A stretch of DNA of 64,000 bases. It comes from Cycas panzhihuaensis (Eukaryota; Plantae; Cycadophyta). The translations under genes were made by a program, and so were the position numbers. The stretch spans positions 186,937,741 through 187,001,740 of the forward strand of contig CM041465.1 of assembly GCA_023213395.1 (NCBI GenBank), written 5' to 3'. Below, piece after piece: positions 62,770 to 64,000 of the stretch (its first letter is position 1; every line of letters begins with the position of its first letter). The notes below the pieces were generated by a model, which was not told the DNA's origin, searched no databases, and was given only the letters and a program-made list of their open reading frames with translations.

Positions 62770-64000
62770 GGCAGTGGCTAAGTTTTGCTTAAGGGTGTTT
62801 AGGACTTTATCCATATCCTGGAGTTTTTGTTGTAGAGAAGCAGTTCGGATGTTGGTTACTAGAGTGTGATGGGATGATGGAGGGTAACCATAAATAGCCT
62901 TAAATGGAGACATGCCTACAATCAAGAGGTGAGATCAGTTATACAAATACTCTACAAGGGCTAACAATGAGGTCCATTTAGCCCGATGATTGGAGGGAAA
63001 ACAATGCAAGCAGGTCTCTAGTGTCTTGTTAAGGACTTCAGATTGGGCCATCCATTTGTGGGTGATAAGTTGAACTCATGTTGAATGAAGTACTAGATGC
63101 TCGAAAAAGTTCCTGCCAAAATAAGCTAGTAAACTTAGGGTCTCGGTCACATACGATGGTTGAAGGAAACCCATGGAGGCGAAATACAGACTAGATGTAT
63201 AGGTCAGCGAGACATAGTGCTTTATAGGAAGTATGGACTGGTAGGAAATGTGCATATTTAGTCAACCTATCAATAACAACAAGGATAGAGCCAAACCCAA
63301 CAAATAGTGATAGGCTAGTGATGAAATCCATTGCAATATCCTACCATTTACCCTAAAGAATATGCAGAGATTAGAGAAGACCTAGTTGAGCCTTAGTGCC
63401 TGCCTTGTTTCGTTGATAGGTGTCACATTTTGAAACAAATGTAAAAAAGGTAGATTTCATGTGTGGCCAACAAAAGTCAACACGAATACACCGATATGTT
63501 TTGTCGAAACTAAAATGACCACCTAGAGGAGTGGAGTGATATTTAGACAAGATGCGGGGAATGAAAAGAGACGCAAGATGAACAAAAATGCAATTTTTAT
63601 ATAAAAGATTATTATTATGAATGGACCAATCTTTGTTGCTAAATGGACCTTGGTAATCCATTGGGAATAGTCAGGCTAGGACTGGTTCTCTGAAGCCAAC
63701 TTTGTAAACCAGGTTGGTTGAGGCTTGGTGATGGCATGAATGACGCATTCTAGCGAGGTGGCGAGATCAAGTGGAAGGCGAAAGAGGGCATCAACGACAA
63801 TATTATTTTTCCCCTTCTTATAAGTTATAATGAAATCGAACACTTCAAGGCAGTTGATCCACTTAGCCTGCTCTTCGGATAATGCTAGTTGGTCCAAAAT
63901 ATGACGAAGGTTGTGATAATCAGTCATAATAGTGAATTTAGAGCCAAGGAGATATTGACTCCACTTATCAACTGCATGCAAAATCGCTTTCATTTCTTTC
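62770..64000 (-). mobile_element. Ty3/gypsy pol fragment J (RNase H and integrase), continues beyond the window and is truncated at 62770
   Basis: AILHAVDKWSQYLLGSKFTIMTDYHNL..YKKGKNNIVVDAL (63993-63676), YHSTPLGGHFSFDKTY..CDTYQRNK (63661-63371), IAMDFITSL, IVCDRDPKFTS, SSTYHPQMDG. Confidence 0.92.

Larger units (their letters stand above)
36376..62770 (-). mobile_element. Large Ty3/gypsy (chromovirus-like) element H, ~26 kb including nested insertions; 3' LTR ~36376-41942, 5' LTR ~61265-62770 (truncated)
   Basis: 36376-36797 and 40470-41350 align with 61265-62630. PBS ttctaatacca 61251-61261, PPT ctcctcccctc 41943-41953. gag ~51790-51100 (LPTFSGEVKNGDKAKAWL), protease 50567-50900, RT ~50330-49600, RNase H (NARQRRWEFLSEYNFDI), integrase split by copia F, chromodomain-like end ~42150-41990. 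Confidence 0.85.
5979..64000 (-). other. Giant (>58 kb) TE-filled intron of FANCI; 5' splice site outside the window
   Basis: The exon at 5978 begins mid-protein with a good acceptor. No further FANCI-like exon was found upstream, and the region is almost entirely retroelement-derived. Confidence 0.7.

Overview
AT-rich plant nuclear DNA, probably from a large-genome seed plant such as a gymnosperm (inferred from the giant TE-filled intron and the age of the elements). The one host gene I can support is the 3' end of a FANCI (Fanconi anaemia group I) ortholog on the minus strand. It has three phase-consistent exons (5978-5465, 5360-5170, 4981-4535; about 383 aa). Everything from 5979 to the window end appears to be a single intron of more than 58 kb, built from nested, decayed retroelements. 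These are: four full-length Ty1/copia elements (three with perfect 5-bp TSDs), a truncated copia, a ~26-kb Ty3/gypsy chromovirus-like element holding several nested insertions, non-autonomous LTR elements, solo LTRs, a LINE fragment, a tRNA-type SINE with a 17-bp TSD, and a complete 325-bp mini-LTR retrotransposon. The 3' half of another gypsy element lies downstream of the gene (1-3299). The most interesting signals are: (i) an ENE-like U-rich internal-loop hairpin shared by four unrelated LTR families; (ii) the highly structured 325-bp mini-retrotransposon; (iii) a double CCHC zinc knuckle in a short-LTR copia clade; (iv) recent templated-insertion repair scars. All alignments and difference counts were done by eye.
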